DNA of 64,000 bases from Longimicrobiales bacterium. GTDB lineage: Bacteria > Gemmatimonadota > Gemmatimonadetes > Longimicrobiales > Gaopeijiaceae. The position numbers and the translations under genes were made by a program. The stretch's first letter is position 1, and each line of letters starts with the position of its first letter. This document shows positions 37,615 through 48,326 of the stretch, one piece after another. The notes under the pieces are model-generated. The model saw only the letters and a program-made list of their open reading frames with translations, did not search any database and had not been told where the DNA came from. The DNA is taken from assembly GCA_963664435.2 (NCBI GenBank), contig CAXXKM010000001.1, forward strand, positions 736,001-800,000. Direction: 5' to 3'.

Positions 37615-39159
37615 ATGAAAGTCGTCCTGGTAGGCGCCGGAAGCCGCGAGTTCGGACCCGCCTCCATCCGCGACCTGCTGCTGAGCAATGCGCTCTGCGA
37701 GAGCGGGCTCGACATCGTCCTCATGGACCTCGACGCATCCGAGCTCCCCCGGATGAAGGCCTACGCGGAAGCCGTCGCCGAGCGCCTGGGCCGCTCGCCC
37801 CGGCTATCCGTCACGACCCGCCTCGCCGACGCGCTCCCGGGAGCCGACGCGGTCGTGATGGCCATCGAGCTCGACCGCTACTTCTACTGGGCCCAGGACT
37901 TCCACATCCCGCGCACCTTCGGCTTCCCCCAGATCTACGGCGAGAACGGCGGGCCCGGCGGGCTCTTCCACGCGCTCCGCAACATGGGCCCGTGCGTCGA
38001 CGTGGCGCGTGCGATGGAGGCGCACTGCCCGGACGCGTGGCTCCTCAACTACACCAACCCGCTCACCAAGCTGTGCGAGGCCCAGTCCCGGCTGACGGAC
38101 GTGCGCGTGGTGGGTCTCTGCCACGGGGTCTTTCACGGCATCGAGCAGATGGCCCGCATCCTCGGCGTCCCAACCGGACAGCTCGACGCCCGCGCCAGCG
38201 GCATCAACCACTTCACCTGGTTCGAGTCGGTGCGCGACCGCGAAACCGGCGAGGACCTCTATCCGCGCCTCAGGGAGCGCGAGCGCGAGGCCCACCTGCT
38301 GCACGACTGGGACGAGATCGCCCTCAGCCGCATCCTGTTCCGCGTCTTCGGCCGCTTTCCCAGCCCCGGCGCCAACCACATCGGCGAGTATCTGGGATGG
38401 GCGCAGGAGTTTCTCGGCAGCAGCGCGGTCCAGTTCTTCTACGATCCCGTCGAGGGCGCGCCCTGGGAGACCGGCGAGGTGCCGACCTGGATCTACAACC
38501 TCGCCGACCATCCCACCGACATGCCCGCGTTTCCGGGCGGCCCGGTGCCCCGCATGAAGCCGACCCGGGAGCAGAGGGCTGCCGCGGCCGAAGCGCGAGC
38601 GGCACGCGCGGGGGGAGATGCCGGAAACGCGGACGGCTCCGGGCGCACGGATGGAGGATCCGGGAACGGAATCGGCGCAGGATCGGGAGACGGAACCGGC
38701 GGCGGCTCCGGGGCCGACGCATCCCCGGGCAACGGACCGGCCTCGGTGGGCGGACTGGAGTTCCCCGGCCCCCTGACCCCCTCCGGCGAGCTGGCCGTCC
38801 CGCTGCTGGAGGGCATCCTGTGCGGTGTCGAGACCTATCTCGACGCGGTGAACGTCCCGAACCGGGGCCATGTCCCGGGCCTCCCCGACGGCTCTGTCGT
38901 CGAGGTGCCTGCGCGCGTGGACGCGAGCGGGCTCCATCCGCGGAAAATGGGACGGCTGCCCGAGGGGATCCTGTCGCTGCTGCGCACCCAGACCAGCATC
39001 CACCAGCTCCTCGTGGATGCCTTTGCGCGCGGATCCCGGCAGACCCTGCTCCAGGCGCTGATGCTCGATCCCACGACCCATTCCTACCGCGCCGCGGTCA
39101 ACCTCATCAACGAGATGTTCCGCGTGCAGGGGGATGTGCTGCCGGAGATGGGGTGGTAG
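37615..39159 (+). CDS. Glycoside hydrolase family 4 (NAD+-dependent, alpha-galactosidase-like)
   Basis: GAGS..FG, GE..GPGG, NYTNP, GLCHG, GINHF.W, VVEVP. Confidence 0.9.
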   Translation: MKVVLVGAGSREFGPASIRDLLLSNALCESGLDIVLMDLDASELPRMKAYAEAVAERLGRSPRLSVTTRLADALPGADAVVMAIELDRYFYWAQDFHIPRTFGFPQIYGENGGPGGLFHALRNMGPCVDVARAMEAHCPDAWLLNYTNPLTKLCEAQSRLTDVRVVGLCHGVFHGIEQMARILGVPTGQLDARASGINHFTWFESVRDRETGEDLYPRLREREREAHLLHDWDEIALSRILFRVFGRFPSPGANHIGEYLGWAQEFLGSSAVQFFYDPVEGAPWETGEVPTWIYNLADHPTDMPAFPGGPVPRMKPTREQRAAAAEARAARAGGDAGNADGSGRTDGGSGNGIGAGSGDGTGGGSGADASPGNGPASVGGLEFPGPLTPSGELAVPLLEGILCGVETYLDAVNVPNRGHVPGLPDGSVVEVPARVDASGLHPRKMGRLPEGILSLLRTQTSIHQLLVDAFARGSRQTLLQALMLDPTTHSYRAAVNLINEMFRVQGDVLPEMGW

Positions 39160-39234
39160 CGGGAAGCGCGTGATGAAGCGTCACTTCCGTTTGCCGGATC
39201 GAGCCGCGGACAATCCGGGCGGGCGCATGACGCC

Positions 39235-39474
39235 GTGACCAGGAGACGCCCCCCGTATCGGCGCAGCCTTCATCACGATGTCGCCGTGATCCGCACCTAC
39301 AGCTACCGCTACCAGGGCGAGGTGGCGCGCGCGATCCTCGATGCGGCGGGCATCCCCTGCGTGCTGCAGGTGGACGACTCGGGCGGTTCCGAGATCGGCA
39401 TGGCGTTCGCGAACCCGGCCCGGCTGCTGGTCAGGGTCGAGGACCTGGAGCGGGCGGAGGAGCTCCTGGAGTGA
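39235..39474 (+). CDS. DUF2007-like small protein
   Basis: AILDAAGIPC..DD..G..LLV..EDLERAEELL. Confidence 0.75.
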   Translation: MTRRRPPYRRSLHHDVAVIRTYSYRYQGEVARAILDAAGIPCVLQVDDSGGSEIGMAFANPARLLVRVEDLERAEELLE

Positions 39475-39537
39475 GAAGCGGGGCCTCGCGGGATCGAGGC
39501 CGCTTGGCGGGAGCGTCCCGTTCCTCGGCCGAGCCGC

Positions 39538-40260
39538 CTACCGCACCGGGCGGGCGTACCAGCCGCCCCAGACGGCCTTCCACCGCCGGAAGAGCGCGAT
39601 GAAGAGCGGATTGGTCCAGACGAGGGTCTTCCACACGGGCCACTCGTCGAAGCGGCGACTGGAAGGTCTCACGCGCGGCGCCCGAATCACGCGAACACTG
39701 CCCCGCGTCTTCCGCGCCAGCTTCCTCAGCTCCGCGTAGAAGTCGGTATCCTCGCCCATCCAGACATCCTCCGGATAGCCGCCCACCTCGTCGAACGCTG
39801 ACCTGCGGCAGAACTGGGTGGCCCCCTGTACCAGCGGGATCACCGAGGCCAGCACCCGCCACGCCCGCAGGTGCAGCCGGACAACCAGACGCCGCGGATG
39901 GTGTTCGGTGTCCACGCCGCCGCCGAGGCACTGCGGATCGCCCATGGTCTCGTGAATGACCCCGAGGAGGTCGCGCGGGATGTGAACGTCCGCGTCCACG
40001 AAGACCAGCACCTCGCCCGAAGCACGGCGCGCCCCCGTGTTGCGCGCGCGGCCGATGCTCCGGACGGGTTCGTGGACGACGGTGGCACCCCTGTCCCGCG
40101 CGATGGCGGCGGTAGCGTCGGTGCTGTCGTTGTCGACAACGATGGTCTCGACGCCCACGCCGGATCGCGCGCGGACGTGATCCGCGGCGGCTCGGATGGA
40201 GTCGAGGGTGGCCGGGAGCCATGCCTCTTCGTTGTGGGCGGGGACGATCACCGAAATCAT
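39538..40260 (-). CDS. Glycosyltransferase family 2
   Basis: ISVIVPAHNEE, VVDNDSTD, ARNTGA, FVDAD, GED. Confidence 0.92.
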   Translation of the reverse strand: MISVIVPAHNEEAWLPATLDSIRAAADHVRARSGVGVETIVVDNDSTDATAAIARDRGATVVHEPVRSIGRARNTGARRASGEVLVFVDADVHIPRDLLGVIHETMGDPQCLGGGVDTEHHPRRLVVRLHLRAWRVLASVIPLVQGATQFCRRSAFDEVGGYPEDVWMGEDTDFYAELRKLARKTRGSVRVIRAPRVRPSSRRFDEWPVWKTLVWTNPLFIALFRRWKAVWGGWYARPVR

Positions 40261-40302
40261 GACACTCTGCCGCTTCCGATCGGCGCGCAGGCCGGGGTCG
40301 GA

Positions 40303-41775
40303 TCAGCGAATCGGCACCCGGACCCAGATCTGATGGGTCAGCACGGTGACATCCTGGAGAGTCAGCGCGCCCCGGGGCGCGGCGATGAAATCCGGGGACG
40401 CCGGTGCCGCCGCCATCTCCTCCTGGGGGAAGAACTCATCGATGCCCGGGAAGCCGGTACCCGACGTGATGCGGGTGCTCGAGTGCAACTCGAAGTCGCG
40501 GGAGCGGAAGTGGACCCCGAACGAGGGCGTCCACTCCGTCCACGCCTCGTCCTGATCGCGCGAAGTGGCTTCGACATGGTCGTCCTGCTCCAGATGATAG
40601 GCGTAGGACCGAGCCTCCAGGCCCAGCTGGAAACCGAACCTGTCGTAACGCTGTGATAACCCGGACCGCAAGACGACGTTGGAGAACGTGAAGTGGTTCT
40701 CGATCGTCATGTCCCCGATTTCCAGGACGCCCCTGGGCGTTTCCATGCGACGATCGGCCTCCTGCCAGGTGTGGCTCCAGATGGGCTGGTAGGCGACGTC
40801 GATGCCGAAGGAGGTCGACTTCCGGTGGCGCCCGATGCCGAAGCCCATCTCGTAGGCCCAGGTCGTTCCCGGGTCGCGCGGGATGTTCTGGATCTCGTAG
40901 TTGGGGATCTTGGGATGCGACTTGTGGTTCGCGGTCAGGGTCGCGCCGATGCGCCATCCTTCCGCCCCCAGCTGCCGGTCCCACTCGAGGTGCCCGCCCA
41001 GCGTGCGGGTCTTGTCCTCGTTGAGCTCTTCCCGGAACTCGAACGTGGGTTCCCAGGTGACGGTGTCCCGGGCGACGACGTCGGAGTAGTGCACCTCGTG
41101 CTCCATGGAGACCCGGTTGTGGATGAACGTGAGGCCGATGCGGTCCCGCTCTCCGTCACGGAAGACGCCCGCGCGCAGGTCGGTGACGGCGCCCTGCTGG
41201 TCAATGCGGTCGGCTCCCGCGTAGAGCTGGTCCACGCCGGTCATCATGTTGAGACCCGCCCGGAAGACGGCGAGCCCGACCGACCAGTCCGAGTCGGCCA
41301 GCTTCCGGCCGATGGCCGCGCGCCCGTACAGGTTGCGCGCCGACCGCTCCGACAGCCGCCCGGGCCAGAAGCCGCCCCGCCGACTGCCGCTCAGCTGCTG
41401 GAGCGCCACCGATGCCCCTCCGAACCAGGCGCCGTCGCGCAGGAGACCCGTGAAGGGGAAAGTCTTCCCGCCGCCGCCCTCGTCGGACACTCCGTAGAAG
41501 GTCGGGGCTCCGATGATGACGGACTCCTGGATGAACATGCCCTTCGCGGGATTCGACCAGAGGTCGGCGATCGAATCGTCCACGGCGATAGTCGTGCCGG
41601 CCATCCCAAGCGTTTCCGACGGTACGGTGAGGAACTGGTCGCCGCTCGCGACCGGGACGGTGCGGATGGGGATGAGCTGGGCGCTGAGCGGGGAGAAGGA
41701 AAGAAGGGAGGCAATCAGGATTGCGATGGGCGCCGGGATGCGATTCCGGGGCTTGCTGGTCTTATTCCGAGACAT
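40303..41775 (-). CDS. Exported protein, probable outer-membrane beta-barrel
   Basis: Signal peptide LSA-Q; NPA motif and amphipathic beta pattern. Confidence 0.65.
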   Translation of the reverse strand: MSRNKTSKPRNRIPAPIAILIASLLSFSPLSAQLIPIRTVPVASGDQFLTVPSETLGMAGTTIAVDDSIADLWSNPAKGMFIQESVIIGAPTFYGVSDEGGGGKTFPFTGLLRDGAWFGGASVALQQLSGSRRGGFWPGRLSERSARNLYGRAAIGRKLADSDWSVGLAVFRAGLNMMTGVDQLYAGADRIDQQGAVTDLRAGVFRDGERDRIGLTFIHNRVSMEHEVHYSDVVARDTVTWEPTFEFREELNEDKTRTLGGHLEWDRQLGAEGWRIGATLTANHKSHPKIPNYEIQNIPRDPGTTWAYEMGFGIGRHRKSTSFGIDVAYQPIWSHTWQEADRRMETPRGVLEIGDMTIENHFTFSNVVLRSGLSQRYDRFGFQLGLEARSYAYHLEQDDHVEATSRDQDEAWTEWTPSFGVHFRSRDFELHSSTRITSGTGFPGIDEFFPQEEMAAAPASPDFIAAPRGALTLQDVTVLTHQIWVRVPIR

Positions 41776-41905
41776 TTTTCCGAACCACGTTCTTGATGAT
41801 GAGTCTGCCCTCAGGCAGGTGGCGACGTACATCCGAAGAGCGACCGGGAGGCCCGGTTTGTGACGGATGGCCGAAGGCCGGGCTTGAGGATGCAGGGGTG
41901 GGACG

Positions 41906-44283
41906 TCAGAACGTGACCGCGACCCCGATCACCGGCAGAAAGGGACGCTCCGCGAGCGGGGTCAGGGAATCCGCCCGCCAGGGTTGGAAGGCGTAGAAGA
42001 GGGCGTCGCGTCGTCGCAGGGCGTTGAGCACGCGCAGATAGGGGCGGACGCTCCAGTCATGGCCGCCCCACTGGGCGGTCAGCCGGGCGTGCAGTTCGAA
42101 GTCGAGGCGGAGGAAGTCGTCGTCCAGTCCCTCCAGAAGGGGCGAATCGGCGGCGACGGGACGCTGGGGCGGGGTTGCACCGGGGTCCGGCGGCGGTTCG
42201 GCGGGCGCGGCCGCCTCCTGGCCGAAACTCAGGGAGCGGAAGGGGATCGCCGTATACGGGAGGCCGGCGCCGTATGCAACGCGGAATTCCCCGCGCACCG
42301 GTCCCCAGAGTTCGCTCGACACTCCGGCGGTGAGCAGGTGGCGGCCGGCGAAGTCGCTGCTGTAGCCGGACAGGTCGCGGTCGGACCAGAACCAGGAGAG
42401 TCCGTATCCGAGCCAGATCACCTCTCTCTCGCCGGCGCTGCTCAGACGGAGGTCCACCCCGGAACTGCGGATCGATTCGCCTCCGCTGGATGCCGCCGCC
42501 AACCCCTCGTACCCCTTCCAGAAGCCGTGCAGCCCGAAGCGCACGCGCCCGGCCAGCAGCTGGTCCAGTGAGACCACAACGTGGTCGGCCCGGGCGACCG
42601 GGAGGAGCTGGGGCGCGGACAGGTCGGAGGACACGACCTCCTGGAGCGTGCGCTCGACCTCTACGTCCGGGGTGCGTGTGGGTTGGTGGTAGCGCCCGAC
42701 CGCCACGCTCAGGAGCGCGCGCGGGTCGAAGGCCCAGGCGAGACGGGCACGGGGCGCAAGGGCCAGGTCGCCATCCGGGAAGAGGTCGGCGCGCACGCCC
42801 GCGCGCAGCGTGACCTCCGGCGCGAGCAGTCGGACGGCGTCGACATGGAGGCCGGTGGTGGTGTGGGTGGCGTTGGTGCTGCTGCCCAGGCCAGCGGCTG
42901 GAGCGCGCGCGCCGTACTCCGCCTCGATGGAATTGTGGGACAGCCCGACGACCGTGCGCGCGGCGGGTCCGCCCCATTCCACTTCGGCGAGCAGACGGGC
43001 GCGCCGGTTGGCGGCGGTCGCAAGCAGCGGGCCGGCACGGGCACCGAGTCGGTACTCGCCGGCTGCAGCGGTAGCGAGGCGTCGTAGTCGCTGACGGCCG
43101 CCAGAGCACGTACGCGAGCGCTTCCGGTGGCGCCTTCGTAGCTGAGCGAGAGGGCGCGATTCGACCAGGTTGCGTCGTCGGGCGCGGCTTCGTAGTCGAG
43201 AAGCACCGCCTCGGAATTGCGGAAGGCGGTGATGCCCATGCGATGATCGTCGCGGGGTTCGTACTCCGCCGCGAGCAGCAGGTCCGAGTACCCGTAGGGA
43301 CGGTCGCCGCCCAGTGGTCCCGTTCCGACATCGTGTAGCCCGCGCGCCGAGGCGAGAAAGCCGCCCCGCGCGCCCAGCGGCCCCTCCACTGCGCCCGACG
43401 CGGTGAGCAGATCGATGGCCGCCGAGGCGCGCAGCCGGTCGCGGCGGGGTGAGCGGGTGCGAAGGTCGAGGATATGGGTCAGACCGCCGTCGTAGCGCGC
43501 CGGAGCTCCGCCCCGGTGGAGCGCGGCGGCCCCCAGCAGCGCCGGCTCGAATCCGGGCATCAGCCCGGCCACGTGAAACGGGGTGTAGACGGGCGCGCCG
43601 TCCAGCAGCACGAGCTTCATGTCGGCGGTGGAGCCCCTCAGGTAGAGCACGTCGGTGGCGCTGGCGGGATCGTTGCCGGGCAGCGCGCGCACCGCCGCGG
43701 CCAGCGCCGGATCCCCCACCCCGGGGGTCAGGTCGAGCGCCTGGATCTCCAGTTCCGGTATGGGCCGCGGTCGTCCGGGCTCGTCTTCGGTGGAACTCCC
43801 GCCTGGCAATCGGTCGGCCCGGACCTCGACCGGGTCGAGGCGCAGCGGCCGGCCGGTCAGCGCGAGGTCGACGCGCACGGCCGCGTCCGCTGCCAGGGTC
43901 ACTTCGACCGCGATCGCCTCGTACCCGGGATGGCGCACGCGAATGGTGACCACGCCGTGCCCGAGCCCGTCCAGGGAATAACGACCATCCTCGCCCGCCT
44001 GCACCCACCGGCGCCCCGCCGGCGTCTCGACCGCCAGCAGCGCGTGCGGGAGTACGCCGCTGCGCCCGCGGAAGACCCCGGTGACCCTTCCGTACACGGA
44101 AGCGCCCGCGGTGTCCGAGGCGCTCTGGGCGGGCACCCGCGCCAACCTGACCAACGAACCGGAGGATCCGGCGGCCGAGCCTGTCGGCAGGACGACTCCG
44201 GGCGGAAGTGCGGCAACGGCCGACGGAAGAATCCCGGTCGGCACCAACGCGCAGGCGAAGGCGACCCGCAACCATTGTTTCAT
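41906..44283 (-). pseudogene. TonB-dependent receptor with a single-base frameshift near 43030
   Basis: Carboxypeptidase-regulatory-like N-domain and plug (LPG, LRG, LDG.PVY.P.H, GG.PARY.GGL) in one frame; barrel and C-terminal F in another. Confidence 0.8.
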
Positions 44284-44300
44284 GCCGGGGCCCCTGCCGC

Positions 44301-45218
44301 TCAATCCGGCACCTGGAACGTCACCAGGCTTCCGCCGTCGGCGACCCCGGTCGGTCCGGCCACCTCCACCCCGGCCGCGTCCACTACGAGGTACACGTCC
44401 CCGTTCACAATCAGCGTGGCCGGCACCACCCCGTCCGGCAGCTCAACCGCGACCGCGCCCGCAACGATGCTGGCCCTCACTTCCCCGCCCCCGTAGGAGA
44501 ACTCGCTGCCGGTCGCGGCCAGCACGCCGACGGCCCGGTCGGCGACCCGGCGCACGTCGATGACGGTGCCGGGCACGACGTTCTCAAGCCGCACGACCAC
44601 CGGTCCGCTCAGCACCTCCATCCGCCCCCCGACCTGGCCCGGCAGTTCCGGTCCCGGGGAGGTCGGCGGGGCCGGCGGCGCACCCCCGGAGAAAACCCGC
44701 GGGATCCATCCGTTGAACGGACCGGGAAGCGCGGAGAGCGCCCCCGCGCCGATGAGCACCAGCAGGGCCGCCCGTCCCAGCCAGCGGATCGTCCAGACAG
44801 TCCCACGCCCTTGTGTTCCCCGGACCGCATCCGGTCGACCGCGCCCGATCGGCTCGACCCGGGCTCCGGTTCCCGCAGCCACATCCGAGCGCCCGCGACC
44901 CGCGGCATCCTCCACCGCGCCCGATCCCGCATCTGCATCCGGTCGCCCGCGCCCGATCGGTACCACCGCGGCCGGCTCCGCTCCTGCCGCGCCCTCCTCC
45001 CCACCCCGCTCCGCTCCCGATTCCCCTTCCACCCGCACGTCCATCCCGATCGGCACCGCCAGCGCCGCCAGCGCCTTCTCGACCGACTCCGCGCGTGACC
45101 GGGCATCCTCCAGGGTCCGCGCACACGCGGCGCACTCGTCCAGATGGGCCAGCACTTCGGCCGCGACCGGCTCCCGGTCGCGCACCGCGAGAATCATCTC
45201 TTCCGTCAGGTGGATCAT
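44301..45218 (-). CDS. Zinc-finger (ZAS) anti-sigma factor, single TM
   Basis: HLDECAAC (HxxxCxxC); TM helix; overlaps the sigma stop. Confidence 0.75.
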   Translation of the reverse strand: MIHLTEEMILAVRDREPVAAEVLAHLDECAACARTLEDARSRAESVEKALAALAVPIGMDVRVEGESGAERGGEEGAAGAEPAAVVPIGRGRPDADAGSGAVEDAAGRGRSDVAAGTGARVEPIGRGRPDAVRGTQGRGTVWTIRWLGRAALLVLIGAGALSALPGPFNGWIPRVFSGGAPPAPPTSPGPELPGQVGGRMEVLSGPVVVRLENVVPGTVIDVRRVADRAVGVLAATGSEFSYGGGEVRASIVAGAVAVELPDGVVPATLIVNGDVYLVVDAAGVEVAGPTGVADGGSLVTFQVPD

Positions 45219-45721
45219 CGTAACGCGTCCTCTTCAGACGGTCTCAGAAGTTCCAGAAAGCGGCGCTCGGCCCGGGCCAGCAGCGTGCCCACCGACCCGG
45301 GCGCAACACCGACCTCCCCGGCGATCTCGCGATAGCTGAACCCCGAGTATCGGAGCATCAGGATTTCCCGGCTTCGTCGAGGCATCCGTCCGAGCATTTC
45401 CCTCACTCGTTTCCGCTCTTGCTCGCGCTCCAGAGCGCGGTCGGTCTGCTCGGGCTCGGCCTCGTCCAGGGGATTGGAGGCCAGCAGCCGCTGGCGGTTC
45501 CGGGCCACTTTGTCGCCATCGAGTATCAGGTGCCTCGCGGTTGTGAACAGCCAGGCTGCGGGATCGGCGGGAGGCTCGTCGACGTTGCGTCGCCAAAGCC
45601 GCACCATCGCTTCCTGCACGATGTCCTCCGCCGTGTCCGGGTCTCCGCACCGGTACGTGCAGTAGCGCAGCAGCTTCGGCTTCAGTTGCTCGAAGATGTC
45701 GCGAAAGGCCTCTGGCTCCAC
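45215..45721 (-). CDS. ECF sigma-70 factor
   Basis: AEDIVQEA, AWLFTTAR, GFSYREIA, VGTLLARA. Confidence 0.92.
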   Translation of the reverse strand: MEPEAFRDIFEQLKPKLLRYCTYRCGDPDTAEDIVQEAMVRLWRRNVDEPPADPAAWLFTTARHLILDGDKVARNRQRLLASNPLDEAEPEQTDRALEREQERKRVREMLGRMPRRSREILMLRYSGFSYREIAGEVGVAPGSVGTLLARAERRFLELLRPSEEDALR

Positions 45722-46000
45722 CCGAGCCGCTCTCCTTTGTGGCGTCTTGTCGTCCGGGAAACGACCGGGAGACGGAAAATGTGACGGATCAGCCCGCCGC
45801 TTCGGCGGCGTCCGGCAATCGACGTGGCCATCCCTCCGCGTCCTACTACCAGCGCTCGCCCGCCACCGTGCCCCGAGCGGCTTGCGGAAAACCTCCGGAG
45901 TGTAGAGCGTTCAGGTCGGCTCCCGGGAAGCCTTTCGCGCGGGGGCGGCCGACGCGGAGGTCTGGCCAGGGATGGGTGAACGAGGACGACACGGGGAACA

Positions 46001-48316
46001 ATGACTTTCTCTCGCAGGCGCGTCGTCAGTTCCCCGCCCCGCAGCCTCGCGTTCGCGGCGACCCTCGTGGCCGCCGCGTGCCTGGCCCCCGCGGCACTCA
46101 ACGGCCAGGTGCCAGCGGCCGAGCCCGCCCCGGCCGCGGACGAGTCCCGCACCATCCCCATCGTCATCCCGCGCATCTCCGGGCCCATCGAGCTGGACGG
46201 CATCGTTGACGAACCCGCCTGGGACGAGGTTGAGCCGTTCCCCGTCACCGTGTTCAGCCCCACCTACGGGGCGCCGCCCACCGAAACGACCGAGGTGCGG
46301 GTCGCGCACGACGACGAATACCTCTACGTGTCGGGACGACTGTACGACTCCGAGCCGGAGGCGGTCCGCACCAACACCTTCTACCGCGACCGCTACAGCG
46401 GCGACGATGGCCTGGCCGTCATCATCGACAGCTACAACGACTATGAGACCGGGGTCTGGTTCGTGACCAATCCGGCCGCAAACCGCATCGACCGCACGGT
46501 CTTCAACGATGCCCAGGTTGTGCCGCGCGCGGGGATGCCGTCGAACTCCGACTGGAACTCGTACTGGGACGTCGTCACCACCCAGAGCGACGAGGGCTGG
46601 TTCGCCGAGTTTCGCATCCCCTTCTCCACCCTCGGCTTCCAGGTCGAGGGCGACGAAGTGACGATGGGCTTCATCTTCTACCGCATCATCGCCCGCAAGA
46701 ACGAACGCCACACCTTCCCCGACCTCGATCCCCGCTGGGGCGGGATCGCCTTCGCCAAGCCCTCGCAGGCGCAGCGCATCGTCCTGCGCGGCGTGCAGCA
46801 GTCCACTCCCGTGTACGTGACGCCTTACGCGCTCGGAGGCCTGACGCAGACGCCGCGGCTCGCGGACGGTCCCATGGGCCCGGAATCCATCTGGGAAACG
46901 GACCAGAACCAGTCTCGCGAGCTTGGGCTCGACATCAAGTACGCCCCGACATCGAACCTGGCGCTGAACGTCACCGTGAACACCGATTTCGCCCAGGTGG
47001 AGGCGGACAGCGCGCAGGTCAACCTCGAACGCTTCGCGCTGTTCGTCCCCGAGAAGCGCCAGTTCTTCCAGGAGCGCTCGGCGACCCTCGATTTCAACAC
47101 CGGCGGGCCCTTCAACCGCCTCTTCTACAGCCGGAGGATCGGCCTCGACGACGGGGACATCGTGAGGATCTTCGGGGGCGTGCGCGCCGTGGGACGCGCG
47201 GGCGGCACGGACTACGGGCTCCTCAACATGCAGACCGCCGCCCACGGCGAGCGCTCCTCGGAGAACATGGGCGTGCTGCGGGTGCGCCAGCAGGTGCTGA
47301 ACCCGTACTCGAACGTGGGCGCGATGGTCACCAGCCGGCTCGGCACCCCCGGACAGGACAACATCGCCTACGGGCTGGACACCTCGCTCCGGCTCACCGG
47401 GGACGAGTATTTCCAGTTGCAGTGGGCGCAGACTTTCGACGAGGCCACCCCGGACGTGGACGGGCTGGCGACGGGACTGATCAAGGGCCGCTGGGAGCGC
47501 CGGCGCGACGTGGGGTTCACCTACACCCTCGACGCCTCCCGGGTGGGGGCGGACTACAACCCCGGACTCGGGTTCCAGCGTCGCAAGGGCTTCAGCTTCG
47601 GCGGCGTTGAGGTGGCGTATGGCCAGTTCATGGACGATTCGTCGGCGATGCTCCGCTCGCGGGGCGTGAGGCTCACCACCCGGCAGTTCTTCCGCAACTC
47701 GGACCGGACCACCCAGACGACATTCCTGAACCCGAAGTTCGAGGCCGAGTTCAGGGGCGGCCAGCGTCTGGATGTGGGGCTGGAGTCGCAGTACGAGAGC
47801 ATCCGGGATGCATTCTCCATCTCGGACGTGGAAGTGCCGCCGGGCGACTACTGGTTCCACGAGCTGAAGGCCAACTTCAACTTCGCGCGCAGCGAGAGCT
47901 TCCGGGGCCGCTACAGCGTGTCAGCCGGGAGTTTCTACGACGGCAGCCGGCTGAGCCTGTCGGTCGGTCCGATCTGGAACCTGTCGCGTTATCTGGAACT
48001 CGGCGCGGCGTATTCCGTCAACCGGATCGACTTCTCGGAGCGCAACCAGGCCACGACGACGCATCTGGCGCACCTGAAGGTGGAGGTGGCGCTCAACACC
48101 CACTTCGCCGTGAGCGCCTACGCCCAGTACAACGGAGTGGACGACCTGACCAGCCTCAACTCGCGTATCCGCTATCACTTCCGGGAAGGCACGGACCTCT
48201 GGATCGTCTACAACGAGGGACTGCTCACGGAGCGCGACGCCAACTTCATCCCGCGGACACCGCTGTCGACCGGGCGGTCGTTCTCGTTGAAGTACTCGCA
48301 GACGTTTTCGTGGTGA
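46001..48316 (+). CDS. CBM9-like / DUF5916 outer-membrane protein
   Basis: IELDG..DE.AW, W.AE.RIPF..L, TVNTDFAQVE.D, EKRQFF.E, FYSRRIG. Confidence 0.88.
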   Translation: MTFSRRRVVSSPPRSLAFAATLVAAACLAPAALNGQVPAAEPAPAADESRTIPIVIPRISGPIELDGIVDEPAWDEVEPFPVTVFSPTYGAPPTETTEVRVAHDDEYLYVSGRLYDSEPEAVRTNTFYRDRYSGDDGLAVIIDSYNDYETGVWFVTNPAANRIDRTVFNDAQVVPRAGMPSNSDWNSYWDVVTTQSDEGWFAEFRIPFSTLGFQVEGDEVTMGFIFYRIIARKNERHTFPDLDPRWGGIAFAKPSQAQRIVLRGVQQSTPVYVTPYALGGLTQTPRLADGPMGPESIWETDQNQSRELGLDIKYAPTSNLALNVTVNTDFAQVEADSAQVNLERFALFVPEKRQFFQERSATLDFNTGGPFNRLFYSRRIGLDDGDIVRIFGGVRAVGRAGGTDYGLLNMQTAAHGERSSENMGVLRVRQQVLNPYSNVGAMVTSRLGTPGQDNIAYGLDTSLRLTGDEYFQLQWAQTFDEATPDVDGLATGLIKGRWERRRDVGFTYTLDASRVGADYNPGLGFQRRKGFSFGGVEVAYGQFMDDSSAMLRSRGVRLTTRQFFRNSDRTTQTTFLNPKFEAEFRGGQRLDVGLESQYESIRDAFSISDVEVPPGDYWFHELKANFNFARSESFRGRYSVSAGSFYDGSRLSLSVGPIWNLSRYLELGAAYSVNRIDFSERNQATTTHLAHLKVEVALNTHFAVSAYAQYNGVDDLTSLNSRIRYHFREGTDLWIVYNEGLLTERDANFIPRTPLSTGRSFSLKYSQTFSW

Positions 48317-48326
48317 GGGGGTGCGC

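Noticed and set aside
37565..37619. Duplicated ggaagccatcc(c)gatga upstream of GH4
   Set aside because: Looks like a small local duplication of the start region; no evidence for a riboswitch or leader peptide.
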